NCBI RefSeq assembly: GCF_009914755.1
Contig: NC_060933.1
DNA: 64,000 nt
From: the human T2T-CHM13v2.0 reference genome, Homo sapiens
Reading direction: 5' to 3' (one strand)
In this document: positions 57,501-64,000 of the stretch, piece after piece
How the letters are laid out: each line of letters starts with the position of its first letter
Position numbering within the stretch: the first letter of the stretch is position 1
Notes under the pieces: generated by a model
Seen by the model: the letters and a program-made list of their open reading frames with translations, nothing else
Told to the model about the DNA's origin: nothing
Databases searched by the model: none
Made by a program: the position numbers and the translations under genes

Positions 57501-60500
57501 TTCCATTCCATTCCATTCCATTCCATTCCATTCCATTCCATTCCATTCCATTGCAATGGAGTTGATTCCATTCCATTCCATTCCATTCCGGATGATTCCA
57601 TTCCATTGCATTCCATTCCATTCCATTCCCCTGCACTCGTGTTGATTCCATTCCCTTCCATTCCATTCCATTCCGTTCCATTCCATTCCATTCCATTCTA
57701 TTCCGGTTTATTCCATTCCATTCCATTCCATTCCATTCCATTCCATTGCAATCGAGTTGATTCCATTCCATTCCTTTCCATTCCATTCCATTGCCTTGCA
57801 TTCCACTCGGGTTGATTCCATTCCCTTCTTTCCACTCCATTACATTCCCTTCCATTCCACTCGGAATGATTGATTCCATTCCATTCCATTCCATTTCATT
57901 CCATTGCAATCCATTCCAATCCATTCCATTCCATTCCATTCCACTCGAGTTGACTTCATTCCATTCCTTTCCATTCCATTCCATTCCTTTCCACTCGAGT
58001 TGATTCCATTCCATTCCAATCCATTGCAATCCATTCCATGCCATTCCACTCGGGTTGATTCCATTCCTTTGCATTCCATTCCATTCCATTCCATTGCATT
58101 CCATTCCATTCCATTCCGTTGCATTCCATTCCATTACATTCGGATTGATTCTATTCAACTCCCTTACCCTCTATTACATTCCATTCCATTCGGGTTGTTC
58201 CATTCCATTCCATTCCATTCCACTCCATTCCATTGCACTCGGGTTGATTCCATTCCATTCCATTCCATTCCATTCCATTCCATTCCATTCCGGATGACTC
58301 CATTCCATTGCATTCCGTTCCATTACATTCCCCTGCACTCGGGTTGATACCATTCCATTCCATTCCATTCCATTCCATTCCATTCCATTCCATTCCATTC
58401 CGGATGATTCCATTCCATTGCATTCCATTCCATTCCATTCCCCTGCACTCGGGTTGATTACATTCCATTTCTTTCCCTTCCATTCCTTTCCATTCCATTC
58501 CATTCCATTCTATTCGGGTGAATTCCATTCCATTCCATTCCATTCCATTCCATTAAATTCCATTGCAATCGAGTTGATTCCATTCCATTCCATTCCATTC
58601 CGTTCCGGATGATTCCATTCCATTCCATTCCATTCCATTCCATTCCCCTGCACTCGGGTTGATTCCATTCCATTCCATTCCATTCCATTCCATTCCATTC
58701 CATTCCTTTCCATTCCATTACGAATGACTCCATTCCATTGCATTCCATTCCATTCCATTCCCCTGTACTCGGGTTGATTCCATTCCATTCCATTCCACTC
58801 CATTCGGTTCCGTTGCATTCCATTCTATTGCATTCCATTCTATTCGGGTTAATTCCATTCAATTCTATTCCATTCAATTCCATTCCATTCCATTGCAATG
58901 GAGTTGATTCCATTCCATTCCATTCCATTCCGGATGATTCCATTCCATTGCATTCCATTCCATTCCATTCCCCTGCACTCGCGTTGATTCCATTCCATTC
59001 CATTCCATTCCATTAAATTCCATTCCATTACAATTCGTTCCATTCCATTCTATTCCGTACCATTCCATTCCATTCCCTACCATTCCATTCCATTCCATTC
59101 CATTCCATTCCGTTCCATTCCGTTCCATTCCATTCCATTCCATTCTATTCGGGTTAATTCCATTCCATTCCATTCCATTCCATTCCGGAAGATTCCATTC
59201 CATTGCATTCCATTCCATTCCATTCCCCTGCACTCGCGTTGATTCCATTCCATTCCATTCCATTCCATTCCATTCCATTCCGTTCCGTTCCGTTCCATTC
59301 CATTCCATTCCATTCCATTCCATTCCGTTCCGTTCCATTCCATTCCATTCCATTCTATTCGGGTTAATTCCATACCATTCCATTCGATTGCAATCGTGTT
59401 GATTCCAATCCATTCCATTCCATTCCATTCCATTCCATTCCTTTCCATTCCATTACGGATGATTCCATTCTATTGCATTCCATTCCATTCCATTCCCCTG
59501 TACTCCGGTTGATTCCATTCCATTGCATTCCAATCCATGCCCTTCCACTCGTGTTGATTCCATTCTTTCCATTCCATTCAAGTTGAATCCATTCCATTGC
59601 ACTCCATTCCATTCGATTCCATTCGATTGCACTCGGGTTGATTCCATTCCATTGCATTCCATTCCATTCCATTCCATTCTATTCCATTCCATTCCGTTCC
59701 ATTCCATTCCATTACATTCGGATTGATTTTTTTCAATTCCCTTACAATCCATTACATTCCATTCCATTCGGGTAGTTTCCATTCCATTCCATTCCATTCC
59801 TCTCCATTCCATTGCACTCGGGTTGATTCCATTCCATTCCAATCCATTCCATTCCATTCCATTCCATTCCGTTCCGTTCCATTCCATTCCATTCCTTTCT
59901 ATTCGGGTTAATTCCATTCCATTCCATTCCATTCCATTCCATTCCATTCCATTCCAATCAATTTGATTCCATTCCATTCCATTCCATTCCATTCCACTCC
60001 ATTCCAGTCCTTTCCATTCCATTCCACTCGGGTTGATTCCAATGTATTCCTTTCCATTCCTTTCCATTCCTTTGCAATCGAATTGATTCCATTGCTTTGC
60101 ATTCCATTCCATTCCATTACGGATGATTCCATTCCATTGCATTGCATTCCATTCCATTCCCCTGCACTCGGGTTGATTCCATTCCATTCCACTCCATTCC
60201 GTTCCATTCCATTGTATTCGTGTTAATTCCATTCCATTCCATTCCATTCCATTCCATTACAATCGAGTTGATTCCATTCCATTCCATTCCATTCCAGTCC
60301 TTTCCATTCCATTCCACTCGGGTTGATTCCATTCTATTAGTTTCCATTCCATTCCATTCCCTTCCATTCCACTCTGGTTGCTTCCATTCCTTTCCATTCC
60401 ACTCGAATACATTCCCTCCTATTCCACTCGGAACGATTCCATTCCATTCCATTCCATTCCATTCCATTCCATTCCATTTCGTTCCATTCCATTCCATTCC

Positions 60501-63500
60501 GTATCATTCCATTCAATTCCATTCCATTCCATTCCATTCCATTCCATTCCATTCCATTCCATTGTACTCAGGTTGATTCCATTCCATTGCATTCCATTCC
60601 ATTCCATTCCATTCCATTCCGTTGCATTCCATTCCATTACATTCGGATTGATTCTATTCAACTCCCTTACTCTCCATTACATTCCATTCCATTCGGGTTG
60701 TTTCATTCTATTCCATTCCATTACACTCCATTCCATTGCACTCCGGTTGATTCCATTCCATTCCATTCCATTCCATTCCATTCCATTCCGGATGATTCCA
60801 TTCCATTGCATTACGTTCCATTACATTCCCCTGCACTCGCGTTGATTCCATTCCATTCCATTCCATTCCATTCAATTCCATTCCATTACAATTCGCTCCA
60901 TTCCATTCTATTCCATACCATTCCATTCCATTCCATACCATTCCATTCCATTCCATTCCATTCCATTCCGTTCCATTCCGTTCCATTCCATTCTATTCGG
61001 ATTAATTCCATTCCATTCCATTCCATTCCATTCTATTCCATTCCATTGCAATCGAGTTGAATCCATTGCATTTCATTCCATTCCATTCCATTTCATTCCA
61101 TTCCATTCCATTCCATTCCATTCCAGTTCGTTCCATTCCATTCTATTCCGTACCATTCCATTCCATTCCTTTCCTTTCCATTCCATTCTTTTCCACTCGT
61201 GTTGATTCCATTCCTTTCCATTCCATTCGGTTTGAAGGCATTCCATTCCATTCAATTCCATTCCATTCCATTCCATTCCATTCCATTCTATTCCATTCCA
61301 TTGCAATCGAGTTGAATCCATTGCCTTTCACTCCATTCCATTCCATTCCATTCCATTCCGGAAGATTCCATTCCATTCCATTCCATTCCATTCCATTCCC
61401 CTGCACTCGCGTTGATTCCATTCCATTCCATTCCATTCCATTCCGTTCCATTTCATTCCATTCCATTCCATTCTGTTCCGTTCCATTCCATTCCATTCCA
61501 TTCTATTCGGGTTAATTCCATTCCATTCCATTCGATTGCCATCGAGTTGATTCCATTCCATTCCATTCCATTCCATTCCATTCCATTCCATTCCTTTCCA
61601 TTCCATTACGGATGACTCCATTACATTGCATTCCATACCATTCCATTCCACTGTACTCGGGTTGATTCCATTCCATTCCATTCCACTCCATTCGGTTCCG
61701 TTGCATTCCATTCTATTGCATTCCATTCTATTCGGGTTAATTCCATTCCATTCTATTCCATTCCATTCCATTCCATTCCATTGCAATGGAGTTGATTCCA
61801 TTCCATTCCATTCCATTCCGGATGATTCCATTCCATTGCATTCCATTCCATTCTATTCCCCTGCACTCGTGTTGATTCCATTCCATTCCATTCCTTTCCA
61901 TTCCATTCCATTCCATTCTATTCCGGTTAATTCCATTCCATTCCATTCCATTCCATTCCATTCCATTCCATTCCATTGCAATCGAGTTGTTTCCATTCCA
62001 TTCCTTTCCATTCCATTCCATTGCCTTGCATTCCACTCGGGTTGATTCCATTCCCTTCTTTCCACTCCATTACATTCCCTTCCATTCCACTCAGAATGAT
62101 TGATTCCATTCCACTCCATTCCATTCCATTCCATTGCAATCCATTCCAATCCATTCCATTCCATTCCATTCCACTCGAGTTGACTTCATTCCATTCCTTT
62201 CCATTCCATTCCATTCCTTTCCACTCGAGTTGATTCCATTCCATTCCAATCCATTGCATTCCATTCCATGCCATTCCACTCGGGTTGATTCCATTCCTTT
62301 GCATTCCATTCCATTCCATTCCATTGCATTCCATTCAATTCCATTCCGTTGCATTCCATTCCATTACATTCGGATTGATTCTATTCAACTCCCTTACTCT
62401 CCATTACATTCCATTCCATTCGGGTTGTTCCATTCCATTCCATTCCATTCCCCTCCATTCCATTGCACTCGGGTTGATTCCATTCCATTCCATTCCATTG
62501 CATTCCATTCCGGATGATTCCATTCCATTGCATTCCGTTCCATTACATTCCCCTGCACTCGGGTTGATTCCATTCCATTCCATTCCATTCCATTCGATTC
62601 CATTCCATTCCCCTGCACTCGCGTTGATTCCATTCCATTCCATTCCATTCCATTCCATTCCATTCCATTCCTTTCCATTCCAGTCCTTTCCATTCCATTC
62701 CACTCGGGTTGATTCCATTCTATTAGTTTCCATTCCATTCCATTCCCTTCCATTCCACTCTGGTTGATTCCATTCCTTTCCATTCCACTCGAATACATTC
62801 CCTCCTATTCCACTCGGAACGATTCCATTCCATTCCATTCCATTCCATTCCATTCCATTCCATTCCATTCCATTTCGTTCCATTCCATTCTATTCCGTAT
62901 CATTCCATTCCATTCCATTCCATTCCATTTAATTCCACTCGTGTTGATTTCATTCCTTTCCATTCCATTCGGTTTGAAGGCATTCCATTCCATTCCATTC
63001 CATTCCATTCCTTTCCAGTCCATTCCATTCCATTGTACTCGGGTTGATTGCATTCCATTGCATTCCATTCCATTCCATTCCGTTGCATTCCATTCCATTA
63101 CATTCGGATTGATTCTATTCAACTCCCTTACACTCCATTACATTCCATTCCATTCGGGTTGTTCCATTCCATTCCATTCCATTCCACTCCATTCCATTGC
63201 ACTCGGATTGATTCCATTCCATTCCATTCCATTCAACTCCATTCCATTCCGGATGATTACATTCCATTGCATTCCGTTCCATTACATTCCCCTGCACTCG
63301 GGTTGATTCCATTCCATTCAATTCCATTCCATTCGATTCCATTCCATTCCAATTCTTTCCATTCCATTCTATTCCGTACCATTCCATTCCATTCCATACA
63401 ATTCCATTCCATTCCATTCCACTCCGTTCCGTTCCGTTCCGTTCCGTTCCGTTCCATTCCATTCCATTCCATTCTATTCGGTTTAATTCCATTCCATTCC

Positions 63501-64000
63501 ATTCCATTCCATTCCATTCCATTCTATTCCCTTCCATTGCAATCGAGATGAATCCATTGCATTCCATTCCATTCCATTCCATTCCATTCCGGAAGATTCC
63601 ATTCCATTGCATTCCATTCCATTCCATTCCATTCCATTCCATTCCATTCCATTCCAATTCGTTCCATTCCATTCTATTCCGTATCATTCCATTCCATTCC
63701 ATTCCATTCCATTCCATTGTACTCGGGTTGATTCCATTCCATTGCATTCCATTCCATTCCATTCCATTCTATTCCATTCCGTTGCATTCCATTCCATTAC
63801 ATTCGGATTGATTCTATTCAACTCCCTTACTCTCCATTACATTCCATTCCGTTTGGGTTGTTCCATTCCATTCCATTCCATTCCACTCCATTCCATTGCA
63901 CTCGGGTTGATTCCATTCCATTCCATTCCATTCCATTCCATTCCATTCCATTCCGGATGATTCCATTCCATTGCATTCCGTTCCATTACATTCCCCTGCA
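51563..64000 (+). repeat. HSat3 block 3, C-rich (CATTC) strand on +
   Basis: + strand returns to (ccatt)n from gttgattccattgctttg at 51,563. Confidence 0.97.
55906..57176 (+). repeat. 613-bp tandem duplication, apparently (near-)identical
   Basis: gatggcaatcgagtag (55,948/56,561), ctagttgaat (56,151/56,764) and gcgctgatt (56,461/57,074) are all exactly 613 bp apart. Confidence 0.93.

Larger units (their letters stand above)
1..64000. repeat. Human Satellite 3 (HSat3 / satellite III) array, degenerate (CATTC)n/(GGAAT)n
   Basis: Continuous 5-bp periodicity across the window, with the classical satellite III interspersed motif (A)CTCGGGTTG-ATTCC. The (CATTCGATTC)-dominated HSat2 pattern is absent. 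No non-satellite sequence was seen. Confidence 0.98.

Noticed and set aside
24-63960. Hundreds of ORFs (MEWNG.. / HSIPF.. repeats, up to 410 aa)
   Set aside because: Pure (GGAAT)n and (CATTC)n contain no stop codons in any frame. The ORFs overlap in all six frames, have no domain-like content and flip strand with the satellite orientation.
1-64000. CRISPR-like repeat/spacer pattern (constant pentamer tracts alternating with variant words)
   Set aside because: The 'spacers' are short, recurrent and derived from the pentamer, the tract lengths vary, and there are no cas genes or leader.
1-64000. HSat2, alpha satellite/CENP-B box, telomeric or interstitial TTAGGG repeats
   Set aside because: CATTCGATTC is only occasional and there is no 171-bp period. 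Telomere-like hexamers (e.g. ttaggg near 52,671) are isolated variants of tcgggtt.
1-64000. Firm assignment to human chr9q12 / a specific HSat3 subfamily
   Set aside because: Plausible given the strand switches and HSE content, but it needs k-mer classification or alignment to T2T assemblies. A great-ape origin cannot be excluded by eye.

Overview
The whole 64 kb is primate (human-type) pericentromeric Satellite 3 (HSat3 / satellite III): degenerate (CATTC)n/(GGAAT)n pentamers interrupted by a recurring set of variant 'words' such as ACTCGGGTTG, AATCGAGTTG, ATTCGGGTTAA and CCGGA(T/A)G. I found no gene, RNA gene, Alu/L1 or other unique sequence, and all ORFs in the track are translation artefacts of the pentamer. 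The structure lies in the repeat itself. (1) There are two base-resolvable strand switches, at ~21,701 (CATTC to GGAAT) and ~51,562 (GGAAT to CATTC). They bound a ~29.9 kb reverse-oriented block. Each has 3-5 bp microhomology and a CpG-centred 12-bp-stem palindrome, and the two junctions are not reciprocal. (2) There are nested duplications of ~2.5 kb, ~5.43 kb, 3,196 bp spacing, 613 bp and 50-130 bp. (3) At least 35 perfect three-unit heat-shock elements (nTTCnnGAAnnTTCn) arise from a single-base variant of one repeat word and are unevenly distributed. All counts and alignments were made by eye. Species, chromosome and subfamily cannot be fixed without a database search; the inversion-rich chr9q12-type array is only a guess.
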